This document shows, piece after piece, positions 1 to 13,459 of a stretch of 64,000 bases of DNA. The stretch's first letter is position 1; each line of letters begins with the position of its first letter. The notes beneath the pieces are model-generated. The model ran no database searches. It was not told the DNA's origin and saw only the letters and a program-made list of their open reading frames with translations. Source of the stretch: the human T2T-CHM13v2.0 reference genome, Homo sapiens; NCBI RefSeq assembly GCF_009914755.1, contig NC_060927.1; one strand, 5' to 3'. The position numbers and the translations under genes are program-made.

Positions 1-171
1 GCATGTGCCACCATGCCTGACTAATTTTTTTAAAAATATTTATTTATTTATTTGTCTGTTTGTAGAGATGAGGTCTTGCTTTTTGCCCAGGCTGGTCTTC
101 AACTCCTTAACTCAAGTGATCCTCCCGCCTCAGCCTGTTGGGATTACTGGTCTAAGTCCCTGCACCTGGCC
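1..171 (-). mobile_element. Alu (old, AluJ-like), cut by window edge
   Basis: Antisense Alu motifs ccaccatgcctgactaattttt, cccaggctggtcttcaactcc, ctcaagtgatcctcccgcctcagcc. Confidence 0.9.
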
Positions 172-224
172 TTCCCCTAGTTCTTGATAAATGCCTCCAT
201 TATAATACCAGTCATCATCTATGT

Positions 225-340
225 TAGTTGCTTCCATGTTTTTCTCCCTGCTAGATCATGAGTGCCCCAAGGGCAGGGTCTGTGTTTAACTCCTCTTTGG
301 GTCTTGAGGGTTTAGCACACTGGTTTGTCTATAATGGAAG
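225..340 (+). mobile_element. L2 3' end relic
   Basis: ctagatcatgagtgccccaagggcagggtctgtgttt...tagcacactggtttg resembles the L2 3' terminus. Confidence 0.6.
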
Positions 341-747
341 TATAACAAAGATATACATAATGATGGAAGATAAGTTAGCTCCCTTGAACAAAAAAAAAAA
401 ATAAAGATATAGACAAACGTTGAAAAAGCACTTGTGAAAAAGCTCTGGATTAAAAATAAAATGGGGAAATATAATTATTAACCACTACAACTTTGTGCCA
501 AAAGACAACACAATCTGATATAAAAAAATAGGCAAATGTTAAATATTGACTCCTACTTAAATATCCTGTAGAAATTTCTCCCTTAAATCATTTGAGTCAA
601 ATTGTTTATGAAATAGACAATCAGAAATTAAGTATTATATAGAGCTACTATATAATACTTAATTATTGGGACTATAAAGGAGACCAATGTGTAAATAAAT
701 AAGCAAGATATTGGTGAATTTTTTTAAAAAAATTAACTATCCACTTA

Positions 748-823
748 TGAACCTTAATTCTATGCATTATTTTCTCAAATTTTTAAGTCTATTTTTGAAC
801 CCTAATTCTATGCATTATTTTCT
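748..823. repeat. 28-bp direct repeat pair
   Basis: tgaaccttaattctatgcattattttct and tgaaccctaattctatgcattattttct. Confidence 0.85.
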
Positions 824-1804
824 GATACTTCAGTATTACTGAGCAAATATTTAATTGACTTTGTATATTTCACCACTATATCCTAACTATATATTACAAA
901 CAGTGATCCATAGGACTGACAGCAAGGCATTTCAACTGGGAACACCAGCAGGAAACAGAAGTGTGTCCAGGGGAAAGGACTCTCAGTGTTGATTGACTCA
1001 GAGTAGCTTATCCTCACATTTCAAATGTATGCCTGTCTTTTCAAAGATAAACATTTACACAGCCTTGGATGATCAGGCTTTCAGCTGACTATGTAAATAA
1101 ACAAACATGAAAAAAAATTTCCCCTAAAGCCTGGCAACAGATAACTAAAAGGGCTTGAAGGGGTTTCTAAAGGAAAATAACTCAAACTGTAACACGTATG
1201 CTCAAGCCAGTGTGGGTTGATAATTAGGGCTGTGAATGCAAACAAATCAGTTGACTTTTCAAAATAGAGGGTAACATTTTTTCAAAGCCTTAAGTAATCA
1301 ATAAATTAGTTCAGAGAGATTGTATATTATAAAGAAGCACAGATACTATCATAAAAATAATACGTTACTTCGAGAAGATGTATTCATCATTCAAATGTGA
1401 TTTTTCTTTACTCAAAAGAGCCTCCACTATGGAGATAAGAACAAAAGGTAATATTAAGACTCTGATTTCTAAAAAACAAAAAGGCTATACATTTTGTGCT
1501 CTCTGAAGTGATCATTTAACTGTAAAGGTCGTGATGCTTCTTGAACAAATCTAAGAACAAACAAGATGCAAGAAAATTTGATGAGATTAAATATAAGAAG
1601 CGATTATATAAAAGTTCCTCTTATATAATCTATAGGTAACCATAGATACATCTGATTCTTTACTCATTTATTGCCACTTTAGAACTAGAAAAAAAAATTA
1701 ACTTTCCTGAGGCAACGGCCAACTTTGTCAGCTGGCAGAGTTAATTACAACTTAAAAGAAATTTTAGAAAAGAGAGAGGGAAAGAAAAGGTGAAAAAAGT
1801 TAAC

Positions 1805-2005
1805 AGTAGTTACCTACTATGTTTTCATGACAAGGGCCAAGTACTTTACACATTTTACAGTTATGCTCTCTACAACTCAATAATACAGATGTTAACATTT
1901 CATTTTTATAGATGAGGTAATTAAGAATCAGAGAGGTTAATTACTTTGCCTAAGGTTACAGTGGTAGAGCTAAGATCTAGACTTTAGTTTGTCTTATTTC
2001 TGTGC
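1805..2005 (-). mobile_element. MIR SINE
   Basis: Core tttatagatgaggtaattaagaatcagagaggttaattactttgcctaaggttacag. Confidence 0.8.
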
Positions 2006-2326
2006 ATTTTTTCCAAATTGATTCCCTAAATCATGTATTTATTCTTAAGAACATCTTAACATTATATAGATCCTCAACAACATACAGGCAATATAACAAA
2101 ATCAGAAAAGCAAGGCTCATGGAATCAGGAAAGGAGCACTAATTCTAGGCCTTCCTCCCTCCTCTTCTACTTATTAAGCTATGAAACCCTGGAAAAATAA
2201 TTAAAATGGCAAGGCCTTAGAAACTTAAGAGGACTGAGTGGTGAGGAAGAGGGATGGTAGATTCAGGTTGGTCTCTATCATCTTTCATATAACTTCTAGC
2301 AAATAAATTGATTGAGCCAATATTCT

Positions 2327-2666
2327 GTTTTTGTTTTTTGGTTTTTGGGATTTTTTTGTTTTGTTGTTTTGAGACAGTTTTTTTTTATCACCCAGGCAGC
2401 AGCACAGTGGTGCGATCTTGGCTCACTGCAACCTCCGCCTCCCAGGTTCAAGTGATTCTTGTGCCTCAGACTTCCGAGTAGCTGGGATTACAGGTGTGTA
2501 CCACCACACTGGCTAATTTTGTTTTTTGTTTTTTTGTTTTTTTTTTTCAGTAGAGACGGGGTTTTGCCATGTTGGCCAGGCTGGTCTTGAACAACTGACT
2601 TCAAGTGATCCACCCACCTCAGCCTCCAAAAGCGCTGAGATTACTGGGGTAAGCCACTGAGCCTGC
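2327..2666 (-). mobile_element. AluS with 14-bp TSD tgagccaatattct
   Basis: Dimeric antisense Alu with T-rich tail and expanded linker; TSD on both flanks. Confidence 0.95.
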
Positions 2667-2926
2667 TCTCGTCCAATGAGCCAATATTCTTAAAAATAAC
2701 ATGATTAACAAAATTATATCACTTTAAGAGTGTGACTAGAACCCAGATTTCTGAATTTTAAATCTTGCTGCCAAAGTAGGCTTTTGCCCTACTATCTCCT
2801 TTCTAATATACTAAATCACTGTTTCATTGTTATTTCTATAAGATATATAATTCTCTTACATACAAATGTAAAAGGTACTATACTAAAAATAAATGTAAAT
2901 GATGAAAAGATATTTCCCGCATCCTC

Positions 2927-3113
2927 CAAAATTATTGATTATATGCAAATAAGATACATACGAATCTTTGTGCTAAAACTTGAAGGCTAATTTTTCAAAT
3001 TTATTGATTATTGATTATATGCAACTAAGATACATACAAAATTATTGATTATATGCAAATAAGATACATACAAATCTTTGTGCCAAAGCTTGAAGCCTAA
3101 TTTTTCAAATTTA
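2927..3113. repeat. Complex local duplication (A-B-A-A-B)
   Basis: attattgattatatgcaa(a/c)taagatacatac occurs three times; aatctttgtgc...ctaatttttcaaattta occurs twice. Confidence 0.9.
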
Positions 3114-5329
3114 CTCAATGATTCAAGAAAATTCAAATTAATGTACTTTTTCTTAGGCAGGAAAAGACAACTTTTAGATTTAAAAGGCTATACCAACTTT
3201 AATTTTTTAAAAACTTTTTACCAACTTGAACAGCCTTTGACTTGGTGAGCTATATATAGCACATACTATACTGAGAAAGGGAGGCTACTTTGGAAGCTCT
3301 GATAAATATCAAGACATTAGAACACCATTGTTTTAAAGACAAGTGCCTTTTTTTGTCTCTCCTTAAAAGGAAAAAAACAAACAACAAAACTACATACATA
3401 TATAAAGTTCCCTTTATTTCTTCAATAAAAGCTCTTTTCAAATATGAAATACAATATTTTGTTAGAGAAAAAAATAAGCCAAAAGTATGACTGTTTTATT
3501 TAAAAAAATACATAAGTTTATAAGTATTCCAGTCTATAAATTTTTTAAGTCTCAAGTCACTCCACTAGCCCAGGTGTAGGATTTATTAACTAAAAACATA
3601 CACAGAAGTATCTGTGTATCTTTTTAGCATTCAAGTAACTTTTGTTTTTTAATTCAACACCAAAGCTCCTAACTAAATTATTATAATCTTCAGCTTATTG
3701 GCTATGACTTCTAACTGAGCATCTTTGGTGTTTATAATTTTGAACTGTGTCTCTGGAAGTCAGCATTGCATTTACAAATGATTATTTTTAAAGTATCTAA
3801 CTGTCAAGATGAAAAAGAGTGTACATTTTTCTTAAGAGTACAGCTCTGGAAAATATAAATAATGTCATGTGAAATTAAGTTGGAAAAAATACTGAGTAAA
3901 CTAGATGATTTACTACAGTTTATATAGAATCTCAAAAATTAGGGTTAAATATAATGTACACATTTAATTTAAAATAATCTACAATGATTTATATTCTATC
4001 CTCCGCCATTTACACAAAACTAAGATGAGGTACAAAAATTAAGCAATATTTTGAGTTTCCCTGAGAATGCCAAATAACTGGTCTGAGCTTTCTCTAACTA
4101 AATTGACTATTAAGCCAAGTTTACCACAAATTTTTGGCTATAGAGACACAAAAAGCTTATGAATAAATGAGCCAACAAATAAGTTATTTTCTATATTGGG
4201 AATTATGACATTATACTTTAAAAATCTGAAAAAAAAAGCATTACATTGGCTCAAAAATGATACAGATTTCCTGTCAACTTTTGAGGAAAGTTATAATTTG
4301 ATCAAAAAGATATTTAGAAACATAGGGTAATAAAACAAAAGTTTTTAAATGTTCGCCTTCAATTTATTTCATAGGTCACTGTTATACCATCTAGTAAGAT
4401 AATTAAAAACATGCAAGCAGCTGGTACTACAGCTAAACAGATTAATGTAATAGTCTGTAGTCATATGTGCTGGCAAGGGGCTTGCCTCTTTTGGCGAGGA
4501 GAAGGTCAGCTGCCCTTGGGAAGAGGAGGAGAGGAGTGGCCTGTGCTACAGTCACTAAGTTAAACATCTTCAGCAAACTGATAATCAGGAAATGACTTTC
4601 CTTCTTTCACACCCATTCATGTTCTTCTCTCAGTTTTAATGGTTAAATAAGGAACAGAGAAAGCTCATATAATTTGGCAGACAACATTAACGTTGGTCTT
4701 TAAAAAGTACAAGATATATTTCACAAAACCAACAATGTCTTCTCAAGTCTTATAAACTTTCCATTTTAACGCATCATCTGCAAATTAGTTCAGAGATATA
4801 CAATCAAATTTTAACCAAATTTTCCAAAACAATATCTGGACTATTACTCAAGCATCAAATAATAATTATACTGGTGCCTTAGGAGTTAAATGCAGCTGTA
4901 CTCTATCTGAATCCATGAAGCAAGATCAAAAGAAGATATAAATCCAAAGTAAACATCCCAGGTTATTAAGAAAAAAAAAAGTCTATGAGTATTAGGCACA
5001 TAAAGCTATAGTTAGGGTCGATTCACTTTAAATTTTAAAATTTATTTGTCAAAGTTCCAGCCATCATCTCTGAATTTATAGTAAAACATCTTCCTTTCAT
5101 CTACTAGGTTTTCAAATTTGTTATTCCAAGGTAACCTGAAATATATGTCAGATATTGAGAATGTCAAATCTCAGGTTAAGCTTGTTCTTAAGCACTCTTT
5201 CTGCTAACAGACAAAACATTTATTTTCTTGTAAAACATATTTTTTCCTTTTGGTATATTAGATCACTGTAACAATTTCTGCAATACCAAAAGGTTAGTGA
5301 TGATGACAATGATGATGATGACACTGTCT

Positions 5330-5495
5330 GGAACAAAAAAGTAACTAATATTTATTCAGCATTTACCATATGTCATTATCTGATTAAACTCCTCATATCA
5401 ACTGTATTTTATCATCTCCACTTCAAAAGTGAAGAACTGAGGCTAAGACTTGTCAAAAGTATTCAAAGTATTTGGAATCAGGATCTGAACCAGTA
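5330..5495 (-). mobile_element. MIR SINE
   Basis: tttattcagcatttaccatatgtc...gaagaactgaggctaagacttgtcaaaag...ggatctgaacc. Confidence 0.65.
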
Positions 5496-5526
5496 CACTA
5501 TGTTTAAACATTGTTTTTAAAAAACA

Positions 5527-6032
<506 letters not shown>

Positions 6033-6745
6033 TTAATACTATGACTTCCCATTTAGATTTTCAAAGGCCTTTATTTTACATGTTTTAACCTGAGTCTTTA
6101 AAACAGTTGTGGGAAGGAAACAAGTTAGGCATTATAATGCCCATTTGATAGATAAGAAACTAAAGTAAATCTTAACCCTAGACACAAGTATATATAAAGT
6201 ATGAGTATGTTGGTGTAGGTTTCAGGCCTGCGTTGTCGAATTGTGAGAAAAGCTAGGATTTCAGAGGCGGTTTAAATAATACAAAGGTAGAATTGTCATG
6301 CAAAAGGACATCTGAGGGTTGCAACATTTACATTTCTCTAATAACCTATGTCTAGTTAGTTTAAAGAGATATAATGGCAACAAAAAATAATTTGCATTTT
6401 CAAAAGTAAATTTTACTGAAAATTCGACTGCCATTTTAATGTGATTCTGCAACAATCCCTAGATTTTGTCAGTTAACCTTAATATGAAGCTATACCACAG
6501 AGCTGTGCTTCTATGAATTCTACACTTAACCCAAGTGTCAAATCCACAAGTAAGCTCATTATAAGAGCTACTGCCTACTGAGTAGAAAAATATTCATTTC
6601 ACACCTTAAATACTATAATAGTATTTAACAACAGCACTGGCCTGCCAACTATTAAAAGTACATTTTTACATACTGTATTACTTGAGCTTTTTATCTTCTC
6701 TTTTTAATTACAACAATAAATTAATATTCTAACATTACAACATTG

Positions 6746-6798
6746 ATTTTTAATCAATGCCTGCCATTTTTAAACAATGACAGGCATTGATTAAAAAT
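6746..6798. repeat. 23-bp inverted repeat with 7-nt loop
   Basis: atttttaatcaatgcctgccatt / aatgacaggcattgattaaaaat, one mismatch. Confidence 0.95.
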
Positions 6799-8577
6799 AT
6801 TTAGTTAACAACGTAAGTATTTATTGTGCAAAGCTACACTAGGAGTTACTTTTCAAAATACAATTATCATTTAATACTAAGATACTTTATTCAAGAACAA
6901 AAAAACCCACAAGATAATACTATACCTTCACATGAAAACATTTCTTTTAACTTTATATTATACCCACTATTTACTATAATTAGCTAAAATACAAATGTAA
7001 TTGTAAAATACAATTCACCAACAAAATTTATACATATAATGGGATTTTCCTTCCTTTGAAATACATTTTTTTGTCTTGTTTATGTTTAATCGTGTTTATA
7101 CCTAATAAATTACTATCATAGATTTCATATATTACCATATTAAGATTCCTCTGTTACATGTCAACTCCTAATATTTATTTAACTATCTTTCATATTTACT
7201 TTTTTGGTTATTGTTACAATCAGCTATGACACACTCGAATAGGGGATTCTACCTATAGTTTAGTATGCCAAATACAAGCTTTATATTATACTTCAGGACT
7301 CAGAAAGCATTTGGACAATTCCAATATTTATAAGGTAGGATGGATATAGTGAAAATTTAACAACAACATATGAGCTTTACTGCTGTGATAACACCCTTCT
7401 AGAACACCATGGAACATAAGCCTTTTGTAGTATCTGTGACACTTGAACAACTGATTATGTATACAGACCCCAAATGGTATAAAATAAAGATATCAAGTGT
7501 TTCAATTACCATCTCATTTCTGAAATTCATAAACAAATTGTAAAAACTGTTTCATTTACTACATTTTTGTCAAGTGCCTCCTGTATAAAAGGCCCAACTC
7601 TAGATGTTAAAAGCCCGCCTGAAATCTGAAGAAATAAATGACACAGTTCCAATTAAGAATATATAATATGTATACAAATAAAAATATAAACTAAGCATAA
7701 ATTCCATATTTATTATAGAAAAGAAGACAGTTTAATATTAAAATTAGTTCTCAAGTACACAGTGGTTCTTGCATATATTTTATAGTGTTGTTACACAAGT
7801 ATCAGAAGTAATTAACCACAAGGACAATGTTGACCAATTAAATTGTTTCTTCAAGAATCTGCATTGCCATCTATAATGTTAAAATGTATTATTATTGAAT
7901 TTGCACTTTTTTCCTAAAGAAAATAACCAATTTCTTACACCACTTTGGTTCTGTATACAGATTTTCAAGTATTACTGAAAATACTTTAATCTTTCTTACT
8001 CCTGAGTTTCCCAGATACAAGGTACAAATTTCATAAATATTTACTGAAGCAAAATTCAAGTTATGAGGAGAATATTAAGAAAGTACTAGGTAAAATACAT
8101 ATTTTCTTAATTAGTATATCCTTTTAAAAATTACTAATTGAGAAGTAATAGCCCTGTTTGCTGAAGAACTTAAAACAGGATATTAGCAAAGAGCACTTAA
8201 TTCAACCATGAACTACATTTTAAGCTCTCTTAGGCGCTCATGAGCGGTACTATATTTTAGCAGGAAAATTAAAAGGAAGCTTTAGTACCGTAACAGATAT
8301 ACTGGAAAAACAAAAATAGATTATAATGAAGCTGAATACTACATGTGCATTCATTCCAATTACCCTACTATTGGCTAACAACAGATACTGCAGTAAGTGC
8401 ATTTACTCAAAAATTTAGAATATTATATTTTTCTGTATCTTATTAATTACAGAAAATAACATAACACAATATTGTTTACATTGGTCACCTTGTTAAAACA
8501 CAAGTAGTGGTTCCTTACTATTCTAGATCAAAACCCTATATAATTATATATCTTATACATTATCTTATAATATTATA

Positions 8578-8620
<43 letters not shown>
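8578..8620. repeat. (TG)n(TA)n compound microsatellite
   Basis: Read directly from the sequence. Confidence 0.95.
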
Positions 8621-8622
<2 letters not shown>

Positions 8623-11600
8623 TCATCACCTACCTATAGGAATTAAAAGTCCCTTCAGAGTCTAAAGTAGAACTTGTTCTTCTTCCATTTTTATTTGAAT
8701 CTCCTGGAGAAAAAAATTACGACACTGAAATAATGGAGATAAACTGAATATTTCAGTTGAAAAACTGTGTGAAAGCTCTACGCAATATATTAGCCAAAAA
8801 GCATACATCCTCTCCCCCTTCCCCAAATTATCTTTTGTACTCAAAGCTTTTTAGGTAGAAAACTCATTTTGATACCAAAATATAAACCAATGCCAATCCT
8901 AGACTGGACAGTAACAGTACCAAAGTAATTGCTATCAGGAACAAATGAGGCACAGTACAAACATTTTCTTCTTATGAATTACAGACAAAACTAAAATTAT
9001 AAACCAGTGTTTATAAAGAAAGGAAATTTTCTGTTAATGACTAAGTCACCCATCCTGATCAGTGGCACTGTCAAAAGAGAACAGGCAGAGAGCCGACCTG
9101 GATGATTTTCCAGGTCCTAGTTTGATGCTCTCTAGGAATTTAGTAAACAGAGGTAAAATAAAAAGCCAACTTGAGAGGTAGTGATTAATTAATGAGATTT
9201 TAATATGCCTTACTTAATATTCTTTACAAAACTTTATCTGTTAACTTTAGGTTTCAACTGTCAAAAGTTCGGCAATTTAAAACATGAAAAAGGAACAACA
9301 TCAAAAGGTATTTGTCTTCTATAATAATATCAAACATTTAGAAAAAAAATTTTTACTCAAAAATCTATCATATTCATAAAATCACATTTAGAACAAATTA
9401 TACATATCAATTTAAAGACTACAGAATAAAAGTAAATGTACTAAAGTTGGAAAAAATGCTTACCAATGCCCCGTTGTTATATATTCTTATTGATTGAAAT
9501 TTCATAGTTCAATTTTTTTAAATATATACTTCAAAGTACAGCTTTTATGAAACCATAGTATACCACTATTAAAAATGTCATTTGTTCTTCAAAACAAATT
9601 AAAAGTTTAGAATCTGATTATATTTTATACTCCTAATTTATATAATGTAACTTTCAAACATCAGGTTGTATTTGATTTTTATAATATTTACAGCTTAATA
9701 TAACAATGATTTAATCCAATTTTATACTTTTAATATACTTTGAACAACCGAAGGTGCAATAGGAAATCATCACAGTGGTCGTGGATAAGTCAAACAGTAA
9801 TTACAGAGCTTTCACTTTAAAGATGAGATTATTTTTAATTATTGAGTATAGTATCTAAGGTACTATACTTATATAATTATGCTACTCATTAAATGGTGAC
9901 TGAATGCTGAAATGTAATTTTAATGACAGCTACCTATCTTTCTTTACACATTTTATAGCTGACAGATAGTAAAGAACACTGGTTCTTTTTTGAGAATTTG
10001 GTGAGATATGTGCAGCTGTGCCAGTGTTCAGGAGAAGTGGACTGAGCCTGCTTATTAAACTTTCAACTCTACTCTTTTTTCAAAATATTGTTCCAGTTTA
10101 TTTTGTTTTTTGAAAAAACAAAAAATCCTAAAATGGATTACAACACTTAAAAATGGTGACAATTTATAGAAGAAAATAATCCAAAAACATATAAATGTTT
10201 AAAATTAACCTAGCTAGGTATAAGTTGCTAATTCTTTGAAAACATGGGTATGGTATTACTCATACAGCACCCTTCATTTTCTTTTAAAAATTAATAATAT
10301 TATAATAAACTAAAAAGATGTAAGGAAAATTAGTCTCTGTCTTGCTAAATGAAAATTTCCTACAACACATGTTATTTAACAGCTTGCAGACATTTCCTGT
10401 GAAACGTTCCATAATCAGCATAGAATAAGTACTATATTATACATTTAAAATATGAGCTTCTTTCTCGTTAAAACTAAAGATTATGATTAAACATGAAAAA
10501 TAACACCAATAGAATAGTTCTTCCTTTAAGGTGATATTTATCAGATCAAATATAAAATCCTTCAAATAATTAAGAGAATTTGGCTTTATAAACAACCAGG
10601 TTTTATCATATTATAAAGGTTTTATTTAATTTAAAACTGTTTCCAAATGAAACTATCACATTAAATGTAACTTTCAAGGTGCAAAAAAATGGTAATAGGG
10701 AAAAAAAAAGCAGTTTTTCTTTCTCAAAAACATAGCAAATAAGGAGTACAATTGTTTCACTAACAATATTAGAGAAAAGATTTCAGAGTTGGCTATATGG
10801 GGAAAAGGCAATAAAGTTTTGAAGCGGGAAAAACGCTTTGTTCCCTCAATCCTCTAGTTGAAATTAATTATGGCAAATGTTTATGAAAACATCTGTTCCT
10901 TACAGTTATAAACTCTTAATTTTAGTATGGACGATCCCAGACTCTTATTTTGGAAGGAAACTGTCTGACTATGGAAAGGTTTACAAAAGAACAGACAGAA
11001 TCTGTAATTCTGTAAAATTGTGTATACAATGTGCTACATCCTGTAGAGATTTTCCTTGGTGTGAAACATTTGGAGAGGCTTAATACCAGTAACTAGGAGA
11101 AATCAAAGACAAACAGAAAGGCTCATTTTTCATTTAAGCTATAATATGATAAAAAACATATCTGTAACACCAGAAAACAACTTCCGCCAGTTTGGGAAAT
11201 AAACAAGTGTTACTTTACTACTGAATCTAATTTGGAGGTAAGTATAATAAAATAAGTATTAATTTTATAAGGGATTAAAGTAAATGAAATGACAATACAA
11301 TCATGGGAACGTATATGTAGTGTTTCCCAAAAATAACAACAGAGGGTGCAAGAGAGTTTACTATGATGTTTTTACTTGCTATTCTGATCCTTGAACTAAG
11401 TTGTCAGGTAGCCGTAACTGTAACAAAGATGCATCATACACACACATACAAATACAGTATTAATGTAATCTTACACAAAGACTATTAAATGGTCAAACAG
11501 CACAAATATCTAAAATGTGGTTTAAGATAATAGGCTTCCTCTTACCTGAAAATAATTTAACTAATCTGCAATTTTTAGAATACAGTTGTAACTTTAAAGG

Positions 11601-12600
11601 TATTTCAATATCTAATGTAAAGTAACCAGTAAAAGAATCTAGATGTCTTTATTGAGTATATTTTGAATACATGCATGAATTATATAAAATAAATAACATA
11701 TGTGTAACTATATATTTATAACATTGTACAACATATATCTATAAGAACAATTCATCAATTACTTGTGACCGTAAGTTTGAAATTTATATAACATTCATTT
11801 CTCATTAATTGGTATGCAACTTTCCTAATGGGTTCATAATATTCAATGAAAATAAATTGCTGATTTGCAAAAATATGCTGATAGTTACATTGGCTTAAAT
11901 TATAAGAAAATGCATAATATTGCTTAATAGTAATTTCTAACATGTGTATCTAACTTACTAAGCCAGAAAGGATAACTGTGACTTAAATTTCAAAACAGAA
12001 TGAATGGAATTTCAGACTCCCTTTTAGCTTTAACTGAAGTCATGTTTAACAAAGGGCATTTTTGGTTCCATCTGTGCACTGTTGAAATCTTTCTAAAGGG
12101 AGGTTTACAATAGATTTCTGTAGTATTTTTTTATACACAAACATCTAGTTCATGAAGAGAGAACCAGAGATTTTTAAACTAGGTTAAGTTAAAAACAGCC
12201 AGAATAACACTATAAATAATCACGCCTACTCAAATGTGTCTTCAGTTTACATGTGAAAACATCAAGTTTTAGACTATCACATCACACTAGGTATGAATTC
12301 TGAAAAGTATTACATAATAAAGAAAAGGTTTTATCTTTGAATCATTAGAGAACTGTCAACATACACAGTCTGGGTGGGGTATTTAATAGTAAGATGGGGA
12401 AAAATGACTTGGTTCAAACTAAGATGAAAACAAAGCTATGAGTTTAGTGTAAAGACCTGAAAGCCTTTGTGTCTTTTAAAGGAATTAGTATATACCAATG
12501 AAATGTTTTAGTTAACTTTAAAATCCTTTAAAAAAATGATTTTTAAAAATCTATGAATAAAGTATATTCATGTGTTGACACACAGTGAAGGCAAAGCATA

Positions 12601-12611
12601 ATGACTCAGCA
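12601..12611 (+). promoter_or_regulatory. Perfect ARE/CNC-sMAF motif ATGACTCAGCA
   Basis: Exact match to RTGACTCAGCA with AT-rich flank; motif only, no functional evidence. Confidence 0.4.
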
Positions 12612-13009
12612 TTATCCATAAAGTAGCCACATCATTTGTGAAATCAGGCTAACCATTAGCCACCCCAAGCTAATTACTTATGCTAAAAATCCAGGACCAC
12701 TCATTAGATCTAAGAGCCAGTGCTGAAGTCAACACAGAAAAAAATGTGTCAATTTTATAATTTTCAATTTTCTTTATTATTGTTAATGTACTTACATTCC
12801 AGTGATTTAATAGTCATATTTAGTTCTCTAAATAATGTCTTAAAAAATCTGTATTGTAGATAATGAAAACTCAAACGTAAAATAGAAATTCATAAGAAGT
12901 CTTAAATAAAAAACATTTTCAAGTGGACATTTTAATTTGAGAAAAGGATGCTTTGTTATCAAAGGTTCCTATTAAACCTTTCATAGAATTCTTAAAAACA
13001 AAAGACAGA

Positions 13010-13455
13010 AAGCAGCATGACATCAGCAAGATGGCAGAGTTTGAAACTCCAAGTAGTACATGTCCTCCCACAGAAACACTGAAAAACAAAAAGTAACTTT
13101 TAGGACTTTGTAAAAGCTGTAATAAACAGTCAAAAATGTTCCAAAGCAAAATGAACACTGAATCAAGAAAAAAGGCAACTTAAAAATTTCGTGGTGTTTA
13201 CACTTGCCCTTGCCCCACCCACCCCATCCCTGGCACTGTAGCAGTCTGGAAGAGGGTAGCTACTTTCCCAGGGTGGGAGTCTGGTACTTAGTTCTCGAAG
13301 GGAAGAGGGTACCATGTTAGCAAATTGTTGTGCATATATGTTCTACCCTGTGTAAGGGCCACCTGAAAGATGACACAAGGTGCCTTTCTCTGTTCCGGCT
13401 ACTTTAGAAGAAGCAGCGGACATGAATAGAACATACAACAAGCCAAACTAAACAC
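13010..13455 (+). mobile_element. Old L1 (L1M) 5'UTR, left part, interrupted by THE1
   Basis: Starts gacatcagcaagatggcagag (YY1-type L1 5' end); appears to resume after 15877. Confidence 0.65.
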
Positions 13456-13459
13456 CCGA

